In this document: positions 10,287-19,905 of the stretch, piece by piece
How positions within the stretch are numbered: the stretch's first letter is position 1
How the letters are laid out: the number at the start of each line of letters is the position of its first letter
Origin: Trueperaceae bacterium
GTDB lineage: Bacteria > Deinococcota > Deinococci > Deinococcales > Trueperaceae
DNA: 64,000 nt
Assembly: GCA_965214405.1 (NCBI GenBank)
Contig: OZ243956.1
Coordinates: 320,001-384,000, forward strand
Direction of reading: 5' to 3'
Notes under the pieces: model-generated
Seen by the model: only the letters and a program-made list of their open reading frames with translations
Databases searched by the model: none
Told to the model about the DNA's origin: nothing
Position numbers and translations under genes: made by a program

Positions 10287-11300
10287 CTACGGGATGAGCA
10301 CGCGCCTCACTTGCGTCAGCGCCTCTCGCAATGAGGCCCCGTAAGCGTCCGCCGCGAAGTCGTCAACCGTCACGCGCATGTGGTGGGCGTTGGCGTGGAG
10401 AAGGCGCGACCCGCCCAGGGAGAGGGCGACGTGGCCCGGAAAAAAGAGCAGGTCGGCGGGCCGCACATCGTCAAGCCCCACCCTGTCAAGCCCCACCCTG
10501 TCAAGCCCCACCGCCCGCCCACACGCCTCTTGCTGGTCAGCGTCGCGGGGTAGCGCTAGACCGTGCGCGGCGTAGACGGTCTGCACCAGCCCCGAGCAGT
10601 CGAGCCCCCAGGCGGTGGTGCCGCCCCAGACGTAAGGGGCCTCGAGAAAACGCCCTGCAAACGCCATAATATTCTCAGGCGTCGCCCTTGCAAGCTCGCT
10701 CAAAGGACGCAGGAGAGCGCTTCGCACAAAACCCGTTTCGCTCCTTTCGCCTTGCGCCAGCCTCACCCGGCTCCACGCGTCTTCGCGCGCCCCGCCCGGT
10801 TCAGGTTCAACGTGAAGTTCTGCGCCGTAAGAAAGCTCAAAGAGGCGCGCACTTTGTGCTTTTGGCGCGGCAAACACATGACCTCTGGGGGCGGTAAAGC
10901 GGTGGGTCGGCTCGGGAGAGCTGCCCAGAGCGTCAGCATGTACCCAGCCGAGGTAACCGTCACGGCGGGTTGCCACGCGGCGAAAAGCGCCGCAGGTATC
11001 GAAAACGTTCACCGTTTCGCCGTGGAGAGCTTCGGAGACGGTTTCGGCGGTGGGCTCGGGCTGGCAGAGGAGGAAGGCTCGAGGCGCGACAACTTTTTGA
11101 GACGTGGGTGCTAAAAAATGCACCTTTAACGAAAGACGTTTTTCGGCGGCGTAGGTGCGTAGGATGGGCTCGAGCGCGACGTCCGCCACCCCCTGAAGCT
11201 GTTCATTTGAAAATCCAACCTCACAAAGCGTGGTTCTTTTGTCAGGTACGAAGGTTCTTAAAAAAGTTTGGACGGCTTCACTCGGCTCGAGTGTTTCCAC
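10287..11300 (-). CDS. NlpC/P60 (C40) peptidase with SH3-like domains, YkfC/dipeptidyl-peptidase VI-like
   Basis: PYVWGG, DCSGLVQ, LPRDA, FFPGHVAL and LHAN motifs, plus DGYLGWV (SH3b). No signal peptide. Confidence 0.88.
   Translation of the reverse strand: METLEPSEAVQTFLRTFVPDKRTTLCEVGFSNEQLQGVADVALEPILRTYAAEKRLSLKVHFLAPTSQKVVAPRAFLLCQPEPTAETVSEALHGETVNVFDTCGAFRRVATRRDGYLGWVHADALGSSPEPTHRFTAPRGHVFAAPKAQSARLFELSYGAELHVEPEPGGAREDAWSRVRLAQGERSETGFVRSALLRPLSELARATPENIMAFAGRFLEAPYVWGGTTAWGLDCSGLVQTVYAAHGLALPRDADQQEACGRAVGLDRVGLDRVGLDDVRPADLLFFPGHVALSLGGSRLLHANAHHMRVTVDDFAADAYGASLREALTQVRRVLIP
10470..10512. repeat. 15-bp tandem repeat x3 inside the NlpC/P60 gene
   Basis: GTCAAGCCCCACCCT twice plus GTCAAGCCCCACC. 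Encodes VGLDRVGLDRVGLD. Confidence 0.9.
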
Positions 11301-12459
11301 TCAACACCCCTCTCGTTAGCCCCGACGATTTACCCGCCACCACCGCGCGCCGCGCGCCCGTCGCGCTGGGCAGCGTGTTGGGCAGGCCGTACGAGGCAAA
11401 ATAGCCCATTACCGCAAAGGCCAAGGCTTCGCGGTCTTTGGCGTGCCAGCCCATCTCCTCAAAGGTCTTGACGGACGCGTCCATACGCTTTCTAAGAAAG
11501 CGTATCAGCGTTGGGTTGAGCGCGCCGCCGCCCGCGACCAAAATCTCGTCCAAGGGGCGCGGGAGGACAAAATCACGGTAGGCGCGGGCGACCGACTCGG
11601 CAGTGAAAGCGGTGAGGGTGGCGAGGATGTCTGCGGGCGCGTGAGGCTCCAAGACCTCCTCAAATTCGCGCAGCGCGAACACTTCCCGACCCGTTGTTTT
11701 GGGGGGCTCGAGCCGCAGATAGGGATGGTTGAGAAGGCGCGCCAACACCTCCTCATCCACCCGACCCCTCGAGGCCAACCGCCCGCCCTCGTCAAAATCC
11801 AGACCAAAGTAACGTTTTGCAGCCTCGTCTAAAAGACAGTTCGCGGGTCCCGTGTCAAAGGCCATGACCCCCGACGGGTCGCCGTCGGCGGGCAAGTAGG
11901 TGAGGTTCGAGATACCGCCTAGATTGTGAACCGCCCGCGCGGTGCCCGCTTGCGCGTAAAGCTGAAGGTCGCCAAACGAAACCAGCGGCGCGCCTCCTCC
12001 CCCAGCGGCCATATCCGACGGGCGAAAGTCCGAGACGACGGGCACGCCGCACCGTTCGCTCACGAGGGCCGCCTCACCGAGTTGCAAGGTGCTTACGGTG
12101 TGCCAGCCTCGAGCCTCGTCCACGCGCGGGATGTGGTAAACCGTCTGACCCGACAAAGCTATCAGGTCCACCCGTCCGGTCTGCATGACCTCATGGGCAA
12201 GCTCCGCGTAGACCCCGCCCACCTCTGTGTGAAGCTGCGTGAGAAGCGTTACGTCGGATGTATCCGGTTGCAGCGCGCGCTCCAAGCGCCCGCGTAACGC
12301 AAGAGGATAGTCGAGGGAACGGCGCGCTAGCACCTCCCATAAGAGGACGCCGTCTCGGCGCTCGAGGCGCGCTAAAACCGCGTCCACCCCGTCGAGCGAG
12401 GTGCCGGACATGAGGCCTAAAATGTGCAGGGGAGGAAGGTTGAGGGCGTTATGGGTCAT
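11278..12459 (-). CDS. anmK: anhydro-N-acetylmuramic acid kinase
   Basis: GLMSGTSLDGVD, GQTVYH, DFR..DMAAGG.GAPLV, NLGGISN, FDTGPAN, PPKTTGRE and EALAFA motifs. Confidence 0.95.
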   Translation of the reverse strand: MTHNALNLPPLHILGLMSGTSLDGVDAVLARLERRDGVLLWEVLARRSLDYPLALRGRLERALQPDTSDVTLLTQLHTEVGGVYAELAHEVMQTGRVDLIALSGQTVYHIPRVDEARGWHTVSTLQLGEAALVSERCGVPVVSDFRPSDMAAGGGGAPLVSFGDLQLYAQAGTARAVHNLGGISNLTYLPADGDPSGVMAFDTGPANCLLDEAAKRYFGLDFDEGGRLASRGRVDEEVLARLLNHPYLRLEPPKTTGREVFALREFEEVLEPHAPADILATLTAFTAESVARAYRDFVLPRPLDEILVAGGGALNPTLIRFLRKRMDASVKTFEEMGWHAKDREALAFAVMGYFASYGLPNTLPSATGARRAVVAGKSSGLTRGVLSGNTRAE

Positions 12460-12600
12460 TCGAGCTACCTGGGCTATAGAAAAGTGTTATCCACGGGTTG
12501 TCGACTCAAAGCGATAATTCTCACGAATGTTTTGACTGAGGAGCATATGACCGCATCCTAACCCACTTCACCACCCTCGAGCACCCCCCTTATTAAGCCC

Positions 12601-13926
12601 GGGTGCAACTCACGTAGTGGGGGAAGAAAAGGCGTGGTGCCTTATGGTGTCATGGGAGACGAGCGGCTGCTTGGAACAACGCCTAGCTCTAAAAGAAGCC
12701 ATGCGACCTGCGCCAGGACGCGACCACTGCATCCCCGACTGTTTCATGCGGAAGCCGATGACGCTCTTGTTGACGCCCTCGACTTGACCAGAGCCAATGG
12801 GTAAGCCACAATTTTTATAACTGGGGTAATCCATATGGTGTTGACGTTCTTGAAGATAGCGTAAAGCCGTTTGTGATGTGTCATCCCAGCTCAGCCAAAC
12901 AGCAGGGTCAGGACGATGCGTTTGTAACCAATCCGCAGCAGCAATCTCGCCGCTAAGCCAAGAGCGTCTTGTTTGGCTACGTTCGCGCTCATCCCAGCCG
13001 AGAGCTTCCATAAGGGTGTCAAGGTAAGCACTGCTGTGGTAAACGTCGATGATGTGTGGGATACCCAGATGCTCGTAAAGGTTTTTGATCCAACTCGCGC
13101 CATCGCTCAGGCCGACGACTTCATCATCTTGTCTCAGGCCTGCTTCACGCATCAGCCCCGCTACTTGGTCGGTAAACGCTGTCGCCTCACACACATCGGC
13201 TAACAGGCTGCGTTGCTGAGGTGCAGACACCGGGTGGATCACCGCGCTCTTGATCTCGATGCCGCCACAAACCCCGTCCTGAGCTTTTTCGAGCACCCGC
13301 ACCCCGTCAACTTCAATCACCACTTTCCGCCCTCGTCCTGCTAGCAACGCTGCATCTTTGGCCGTGTCCAGCAGCTCGCGCGTTTGCGCCTGACAAGCGC
13401 TGGCGTAAGGTTGGGTCAAGCGCTCCAAGCCCGCGCGACTCATGCCCGGCAACATCTCAAAGTCACGGCTGACTTCTACCGCTTTTTCATACGATAAAGC
13501 GCTACTCAAACGCATCATCACGTTCAATGCGCCCGCTGTCCAACCACTGCCGTCTAAGTTTGGGTCCAGGGCGACTTGGCAATGTCTGCCGTCTTTGTGT
13601 TCGTACCTTTGACTGGGTACGCGCACGCTCCCCCAGAAGTGCTTGACCTCAAGCTCGCCCCGTCCGTCTTTATGCCAACCCTCGCTTTTGTTCATCAGAG
13701 GGGGGAAAATCCTGGCTCTCAACCAGGTGCTGCATCAGGCGACTCATCAGGCTACTTTGTCGCTTTAGCAAGGCCGCTTCTATTTCGTTCATGCTCGCTT
13801 TCGTCCCTAGCTCCTGCTTTATCTCCGCAACAATGCTCTTGATGATGGCGTCCAGTTCTTCTACCCTTTGCTCTGCGTCTGTTGTCATCGTCCTGTTTTA
13901 TCACCCCCATTCACTGAGTTGCACCC
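12601..13926 (-). mobile_element. insertion sequence, ISKra4/ISLre2-like (Mutator-like DDE), complete
   Basis: Perfect 12-bp terminal IRs GGGTGCAACTCA (12601-12612) and TGAGTTGCACCC (13915-13926). 9-bp target duplication ATTAAGCCC at 12592-12600 and 13927-13935. Confidence 0.92.
12610..13888 (-). CDS. DDE transposase split into OrfA (13670-13888) and OrfB (12610-13722), joined by a +1 shift
   Basis: IEVDG, LSDGASWI, IDVYH and PIGSGQVEG..KSVIG.RMK.SGM.WS motifs. The ORF overlap contains TTTTCCCCCC. Confidence 0.88.
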
Positions 13927-14397
13927 ATTAAGCCCCGCAGAGAGACGCATACCTCGTTCTTCCAAGGCTTTTATCTCGGCTTCCAGAGCGCGCGAAGCCA
14001 AACCGAAACGGTGGATACGCAGCAAAACGCCCAAAGTGCCTACCAAACGAAGGTTCACGCGCCGCGCGTATCTCCGGGCTTTGAGGTCGTCCAGCACCAC
14101 CCAGGTCGAAAGCTCGAGCGCCAGCGCCACAGCTTCTTCCTCTCCAGGGTCGGCGGCAAGCTCCCCTCGCACTCTCCGCAACGTTGCAAGATGGGGTATT
14201 TTATGTTCAACCCAAGGCAGATGAGGCACCCCGCTTCCAGGAGTGCCGGGCTTAACTGCGAGTTCTGACGCGACCTGTGGGGAAATGATGACGCGGTACA
14301 GACGGGGCAACATGGGCAGGTAACCCAACGAATCGAGCAAAATGAGCGGGCTTGCGTCGAAAACCGCCTCAGTCCTCCCAGGCGTGCTTGAGTTCAT
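13885..14397 (-). CDS. DUF3368-family PIN-domain protein (putative toxin), 3' end interrupted by the IS
   Basis: VFDASPLI, DPGEEEAVALA, LDDLKARR and VGTLGVLL motifs. The last codons read into the IS end. Confidence 0.82.
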   Translation of the reverse strand: MNSSTPGRTEAVFDASPLILLDSLGYLPMLPRLYRVIISPQVASELAVKPGTPGSGVPHLPWVEHKIPHLATLRRVRGELAADPGEEEAVALALELSTWVVLDDLKARRYARRVNLRLVGTLGVLLRIHRFGLASRALEAEIKALEERGMRLSAGLNGCNSVNGGDKTGR

Positions 14398-14617
14398 CAG
14401 CCACATCTTCCTCGCTCAAGTTGGGGTAAGCGAGGCCGTGACCCGTGTACCAGCCAATCGCTTCCCAGCGGCTCATACCCAGTAGGCCGCCCGCCTTGCC
14501 CAAACTCATCCGACCCTCGCTCACCAGTTTCAAAAGAAGCCCTTCTAGCACCTCTCGCTCTAAATCGGGGCGGGCCGCGGCAACTACTTCCGGGGGAAGG
14601 TCTAGATGTATAGCCAT
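14369..14617 (-). CDS. UPF0175-family protein (putative antitoxin)
   Basis: GRMSLGKAGGLLGMSRWE HTH-like motif, GAGGAG RBS, overlaps the DUF3368 gene. Confidence 0.82.
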   Translation of the reverse strand: MAIHLDLPPEVVAAARPDLEREVLEGLLLKLVSEGRMSLGKAGGLLGMSRWEAIGWYTGHGLAYPNLSEEDVADELKHAWED

Positions 14618-14675
14618 CGTGTGCTCCTCATGTTGATTATACGTTTGGAAGGGAGTAGAAACGGAAGAAGGCAAA

Positions 14676-15734
14676 TCAAGTTAAGGTCTTTACCACCGCC
14701 TCGTGAAACGCGACCCTAAGCGCGTGGATGTTCCTCCCCTTCTCCCTCGAGGGGTGAACCCGGTTGGTTAACAAAACCGCGAAAGAGCCCCCGACCGGGT
14801 CTATCCAAAGACTCGTGCCCGTAAAACCCGTGTGCCCAAAGGCTCGCTCGCTCGAGTAACGTCCGGCGCTCGAGTGCTCCCCTTTCAACATCCAACCTAA
14901 ACCGCGCCGCTCATTCCCGTTGGAGAAATACTCCCGCACGGCGTCTCGTAATAAATCCTCTGGCCCAAGCCGCGGGTCTAACCTCAGCCACGCCTGCGCG
15001 TAAGTCGCCAAGTCTCCCGCGGTACCAAAAAGCCCCGCGTGCCCCGCCACGCCCCCCATCGCAAAGGCGTTTTCGTCGTGGACGACACCCTGCAAGAGCC
15101 CGCCCCGCCAGCCACAATCTTCCGTAGCGGCGACGTGCTCGCCTTTTAGGGGACCGTAGCGCGTCTCGGTCATGCCGAGGGGACCAAAGATGTAGCGCTG
15201 CACAAAGGCGTCTTGCCGCTCCCCGCTCACCCGCTCGATAATCGCGCCCAGGAGGATAAAGCCCAAATCGCTGTAGGTGTAGGTGCCTGCGGGGTGCTCG
15301 AGCGGGGCCTGCAACACGTTGGCGAGCGCGGTTCGGCGGTTGTCGGTGAGGGCGAAGAGCGGCGTCCAGGCGGGCAAGCCCGAGGTGTGCGTCAGAAGCT
15401 CCCTCAGGGTGGTATCGCCGAGCGAGGGCGTCTTAAACCAGCCCGCGTTGGAAAAAAAGCGCTTGACTTTGTCGTCTAAACCGATTTCACCCTCCCCGGC
15501 GAGTTTGAGCACCGCGGGCAACGTCGCCACGACCTTGGTGAGCGAGGCCAAGTCATAAACGGTTTCGGGCGTGACGGGAACGCCCCCTTCTAAACGCGTG
15601 ACGCCGGTCGCTGCGACGCACGCCGCGTCCTCTATTGTGCCCGTAAAAGCCACCGCGCCGGGCACCTCGAGGTCCGCCACCGCCCTTTCGAGGACGGCTC
15701 GAGGGGCGTCAAAACGCGCTTCTGTGGAGGTCAT
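14676..15734 (-). CDS. serine hydrolase, beta-lactamase class C fold (AmiE-like, putative muropeptide amidase)
   Basis: YDLASLTK (SxxK), LLTHTSG, YSDLG, GVVHDENA, GHAGLF, GHTGFTG and LTNRVH motifs. Sits in the recycling cluster. Confidence 0.85.
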   Translation of the reverse strand: MTSTEARFDAPRAVLERAVADLEVPGAVAFTGTIEDAACVAATGVTRLEGGVPVTPETVYDLASLTKVVATLPAVLKLAGEGEIGLDDKVKRFFSNAGWFKTPSLGDTTLRELLTHTSGLPAWTPLFALTDNRRTALANVLQAPLEHPAGTYTYSDLGFILLGAIIERVSGERQDAFVQRYIFGPLGMTETRYGPLKGEHVAATEDCGWRGGLLQGVVHDENAFAMGGVAGHAGLFGTAGDLATYAQAWLRLDPRLGPEDLLRDAVREYFSNGNERRGLGWMLKGEHSSAGRYSSERAFGHTGFTGTSLWIDPVGGSFAVLLTNRVHPSREKGRNIHALRVAFHEAVVKTLT

Positions 15735-15870
15735 CGGGAGAATTTACCATAGATCAGGCCTGGTTTGACCTTAGTGGTCTAGGAATGGTACGGTCTTGAC
15801 ACGTTATAGGGCAGGTTGGAAATCACGGGGTGGAGACTTGCGTGAGAGCGCGAGAGAACGGGGGCGGATC

Positions 15871-16674
15871 ATGAACGCGGTGCCTATGGAAAATGCTTTA
15901 CCCATCAGAGGGTTGCACACCCATGAGTGGCATGTTAAAACGTTGCAGGTCGACAAAACCTTGCCGACGCCCGCCTATCTCCAGCTCAGGCGGGCGCTCT
16001 GCGACGCGATCCGGGCGGGGGCGCTCGCGCCGGGCACGGCGCTCCCCTCTGAACGCGACTTGGCCGCGGCGCTCCACTTATCGCGGATGACGGTGCGGCG
16101 CGCGTTTGAAGAACTCGTGCTGGACAACCTCGTCGAGCAGCGGCAGGGCTCGGGCACCTTTGTGCTGCCGCAGCGGCTCGAGCAGACCGTCGACCGCGTG
16201 CTGGGCTTTACCGAGGAGGCGCGGTCGCTCGGCTTTCGCGCGGGTAGCAGGCTTTTGGAGGCGCTTTACACCCCCGCCGACCAAGGCGTGGCCGACGCCT
16301 TGGGGCTCTCTAAAGGAACCGCCATCTTGCGCGTTACCCGCCTGCGCACCGCCGACGGCGAGCCGCTGGCGCTCCAGACGGCGCACCTCTCGCCCCGGCT
16401 TGGCGGCTTTCCGGTGGCCGCCTTGAAACGTTCGCAAAGCCTCTACCGGACCATCACCCGGCACTACGGCATTAGGCCCCACCGCGCCCGCCAGACGGTG
16501 AGCGCGCGGCTGCCCTTCAAGAACGAATGCGAACGGTTGACCATCGGCAAAGAGGTGCCGCTTCTGGCGCTCGAGCGCACCACCTTCGACGCCGAAAACG
16601 AGCCCTTCGAGTACGTGCGCAGCGCCTACCGGAGCGACAAGTACGGGCTGGCGCTCGAGCTGCGCGCGCCTTAG
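15871..16674 (+). CDS. GntR/HutC-family transcriptional regulator (NagR/DasR-like)
   Basis: LPSERDLA..L.LSRMTVRRA and QGSGTFV motifs, UTRA C-terminus. Start codon uncertain. Confidence 0.9.
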   Translation: MNAVPMENALPIRGLHTHEWHVKTLQVDKTLPTPAYLQLRRALCDAIRAGALAPGTALPSERDLAAALHLSRMTVRRAFEELVLDNLVEQRQGSGTFVLPQRLEQTVDRVLGFTEEARSLGFRAGSRLLEALYTPADQGVADALGLSKGTAILRVTRLRTADGEPLALQTAHLSPRLGGFPVAALKRSQSLYRTITRHYGIRPHRARQTVSARLPFKNECERLTIGKEVPLLALERTTFDAENEPFEYVRSAYRSDKYGLALELRAP

Positions 16675-16802
16675 TGGGTATCATCCAGTTTAGGACCCAT
16701 TCAGCTTGGGCGTTACCGTCCAAACCCTAATTTGGGAATGATGCTTGCGTTCGTAAACCCAGCGTCAACAAAAACTGCTATGTATAACGAAAAGAGAAGA
16801 GC

Positions 16803-17771
16803 GTGAGCGACGAAAGTGTAACGGAAAGCTCGACCCAAAGCACAACGGAAACCGTCGGCGCGTCCTACCGCGACCTCGACACCTGGCCGCTCTCAAAGAG
16901 TTTGGCCGCGCTCCTCGAGAGCAACCGGCGGGCGGTGGAGGCGACCGCACGGGCGCTGCCTATGTTAGAGGAGGCTGCCGCGGGCATTGAGCGTTGTTTA
17001 GGGGCGGGCGGTCGCCTTGTTTATATCGGCGCGGGCACCTCGGGGCGCTTGGCGCTTCAAGACGCCGCCGAACTGCCTCCCACCTTTGGCTTTACGCGAA
17101 CGCTGGTGCTTTTGGCGGGCGGCGCGGCGGCGGGCGGGCGCGCGCAGGAGGGGGCCGAGGACGACGGGGGGGCGGCTCGAGCCGCCGTAGACGAAGCCAA
17201 CATCTCCCCCGCCGACGCGGTGATTGGCTTGGCCGCGAGCGGGCGCACGCCCTACACCGTCGCCGGGGTAGAGCGGGCTCGAGAACGCGGCGCGTTTACG
17301 GTGGGCGTCGCCAACAACCCGGACGCGCCCCTCCTGCACGCCGCCGAGGTCGGGGTGCTTTTAGAAACCGGCCCCGAGGTGCTGGCGGGCTCGACGCGTC
17401 TCACCGCCGGAACGGCGCAAAAGGTCGCGCTGAACGCGCTCTCGACGGCGGTACTGGTAAAGCTCGGCGGGGCCTACGGCAACCTGATGGTCGGGATGCG
17501 CCCGGCGAACGATAAGCTCCGGGCGCGGGCGCGGCGCATCGTCTGTGAGGGGGCGGGCGTGTCGGAAGAAGAGGCGGCGGCGGCGCTTGGAGAAACGCAC
17601 TGGCACATCCGTGAGGCGCTTGTCACGCTGCTCGGAAGCGTCTCAGCGGAGGAGGCGCGTGAGCTTTTGAGCCGTCATCAGGGCCGCGTCCGCGAAGCCG
17701 TCGCAGCGGCTAAAAATGCAGCGCCTAAAAACGGAGCGTCTAAAAATCAGGAGGAACATGAGCCACTTTGA
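16803..17771 (+). CDS. murQ: N-acetylmuramic acid 6-phosphate etherase
   Basis: YIGAGTSGRL, DAAELPPTFG, GLAASGRTPY, TGPEVLAGSTRL.AGTAQK and GNLMV motifs. Confidence 0.95.
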   Translation: MSDESVTESSTQSTTETVGASYRDLDTWPLSKSLAALLESNRRAVEATARALPMLEEAAAGIERCLGAGGRLVYIGAGTSGRLALQDAAELPPTFGFTRTLVLLAGGAAAGGRAQEGAEDDGGAARAAVDEANISPADAVIGLAASGRTPYTVAGVERARERGAFTVGVANNPDAPLLHAAEVGVLLETGPEVLAGSTRLTAGTAQKVALNALSTAVLVKLGGAYGNLMVGMRPANDKLRARARRIVCEGAGVSEEEAAAALGETHWHIREALVTLLGSVSAEEARELLSRHQGRVREAVAAAKNAAPKNGASKNQEEHEPL

Positions 17772-18786
17772 AAAAGAGATAGGAGAGCAGCCCGAGGTTT
17801 TGGCGCGGCTGTTAGAGAGCGAGACGCAGGAGGTAGTGGACGCGCTGCGAAAATCTCCCGCCCGGCTTGTGTTGAGTCTGGCTCGAGGCTCCTCGGACAA
17901 CGCGGTCACCTTTTTTACCTATCTGGCGGGTCAATATTTAGGCCTGCCCGTCGCCAGCGTGCCGCCGAGTCTTATCACAGTCTACGCCTCGAAGATGACG
18001 CTTTCCGACGCGCTCGCCGTCGGCGTGAGCCAGTCCGGCGAGAGCAGCGACGTGGTCGAGGGGCTACGCGCGCTTCAAAGGGCGGGCGCGACGACCGTCG
18101 CCGTGACCAATGCGGCAGAGAGCGCCTTGGGGACCATTGCCGACTTCTGCCTCCCCCAAGGGGCTGGAAGAGAAAGCGCGGTGGCCGCCTCTAAAACATT
18201 CTCCTCGCAGATGATGGTCCTCGCCCTCCTCGTGGCGCGCTGGTCGGAGGACGAGGCGCTGCTGGGGGCGCTAAACAGCGTGCCCGCGCTTATGGAGGAC
18301 GTGCTAACGGATCAAACCCCTATAGCGCGCGCCGCACTACGCCTCACCCACGCCGAAAGCGGGTACGTGTTGGGCCGCGGGCTTTCCTACGGTCCGGCTT
18401 TGGAGGTCGCGCTCAAACTCAAGGAGACGAGTTACCTGCACACGCAGGCCTACTCGAGCGCCGAATTCCAACACGGCCCCATCGCCGCGGTGGGCACAGG
18501 CGAACCCATCATCCTTTTGGGCAGTGACGACGCGACGTTGGCGTCTACGCTTCTGGTTGCCAAACGGCTTCGTGATTTAGAGGCCGACCTGACGGTGGTG
18601 AGCGGGGCGGAAGAACTCTTAAACCTCGCCGACGCGCCCATCTCCCTGCCGCGCGGCCTGCACGGGGCGAGCGAAGCGTTTTTGCACGTGCTGGTGGGGC
18701 AGCTTTTGGCGCTCCACCTCACCAAGGCCAAGGGCCTAAACCCGGACGCGCCGCGGCACCTGAGCAAGGTGACGAAGACGATGTAA
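17758..18786 (+). CDS. SIS-domain glucosamine-6-phosphate deaminase (NagB-II type)
   Basis: EI.EQP, ARGSSDNA, SQSGES, VAASKTF, ALKLKET, SSAEFQHGP and PDAPRHLSKVT motifs. No glutaminase domain. Confidence 0.88.
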   Translation: MSHFEKEIGEQPEVLARLLESETQEVVDALRKSPARLVLSLARGSSDNAVTFFTYLAGQYLGLPVASVPPSLITVYASKMTLSDALAVGVSQSGESSDVVEGLRALQRAGATTVAVTNAAESALGTIADFCLPQGAGRESAVAASKTFSSQMMVLALLVARWSEDEALLGALNSVPALMEDVLTDQTPIARAALRLTHAESGYVLGRGLSYGPALEVALKLKETSYLHTQAYSSAEFQHGPIAAVGTGEPIILLGSDDATLASTLLVAKRLRDLEADLTVVSGAEELLNLADAPISLPRGLHGASEAFLHVLVGQLLALHLTKAKGLNPDAPRHLSKVTKTM

Positions 18787-18819
18787 CCGGACACAATTCC
18801 GTTACAGAAAAGGAGCCCC

Positions 18820-19854
18820 ATGAAAATTTTAATCCTCGGCGGAACGGTTTTTATCGGGCGTCACCTTGTCGAGGCGGCCCTGCACAAGGGGCACGAGGTT
18901 TCGCTGTTCAACCGGGGACATACCGACAAAACGCTTTTTCCAGACGTCGAAAATCTCCGCGGAGACCGGCATCAGAACCTTCAAGCCCTAATGGGCAGGC
19001 AGTGGGACGCGGTGATTGACACGTCGGGCTATCTGCCCAGCGCCGTCCGGGCGTCTGCCGAGGTTTTGCAATCTGTTGAGACTTACGTGTTCATCTCGAG
19101 CGGCTCCGTCTACCAGGATTTAGACTCTGCGTACTTAAACGAAAGCTCGAGCGTGCAGAAAATAAGTGACGAAGATTTGACCGAGGCGGAAAAGACGCGC
19201 ACGGTCGAGTCGCCAACCGCGGCGGCGTATGGAGAGCACTACGGGGCGCTCAAAGCGAGGTGCGAAGAGGTGCTCGAGGAAATCTTACCGGGGCGCGTGC
19301 TCATCATCCGCCCCGGCCTGGTCGTGGGTCCTTACGACTACAGCAACAGGTTTCCTTACTGGCTTCAGCGCGTCGCCAAGGGGGGTGAATGTTTAGCGCC
19401 GGGCCGTCCCGACGTTTCAATCAGTGTTATTGACGCTCGAGACTTAGCAGCGTGGACTATAGCGATGGCGGAAAAGCGTCAGACAGGCACTTATAACGCG
19501 ACCGGAAAACAGTCCGGTTTAACCTTTGGAACGTTCCTACATTCATGCAAAACGGTCACCGAGAGCGACGCCGCGTTCACCTGGGTTGACGCCGACTTTT
19601 TGCTGGAGCGCGGCGTGCAGCCCTGGCTAGAACTCCCGCTATGGCTACCCAAGGAGTTTCAGGGACTGATGTTGATTGACGATAAAGAAGCGGTAGCGAA
19701 AGGACTCATCTACCGCCCAATTGAGACAACCTGCGCCGACACGTTTAGCTGGCTAAAAAGTCAGGCTCCGAGCTTCAAGTTAGAAGCCGGGCTGGAGGGG
19801 GAGAAAGAACGCAGCGTGCTGCAAGCCTGGAGAAAGGCAAGCACCTCTGCCTAA
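18820..19854 (+). CDS. NAD-dependent epimerase/dehydratase (atypical SDR)
   Basis: ILILGGTVFIG, YGALKA, RPGLVVGP and IDARDLA motifs. Confidence 0.88.
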   Translation: MKILILGGTVFIGRHLVEAALHKGHEVSLFNRGHTDKTLFPDVENLRGDRHQNLQALMGRQWDAVIDTSGYLPSAVRASAEVLQSVETYVFISSGSVYQDLDSAYLNESSSVQKISDEDLTEAEKTRTVESPTAAAYGEHYGALKARCEEVLEEILPGRVLIIRPGLVVGPYDYSNRFPYWLQRVAKGGECLAPGRPDVSISVIDARDLAAWTIAMAEKRQTGTYNATGKQSGLTFGTFLHSCKTVTESDAAFTWVDADFLLERGVQPWLELPLWLPKEFQGLMLIDDKEAVAKGLIYRPIETTCADTFSWLKSQAPSFKLEAGLEGEKERSVLQAWRKASTSA

Positions 19855-19905
19855 AAAAGAAAAGGTGCTTGGCGTGTTGAGATGGACCTTGTCTCGAGCT
19901 TTGCG

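Noticed and set aside
10470..10512. Direct repeats as a possible CRISPR array (also 39080-39170)
   Set aside because: No spacers, the repeats are in-frame coding, and no cas genes are present.
12487..12495. TTATCCACG DnaA-box-like 9-mer
   Set aside because: Single mismatched copy with no origin context.
14676..15734. Antibiotic-resistance beta-lactamase
   Set aside because: No signal peptide, and the context points to an AmiE-like recycling hydrolase.
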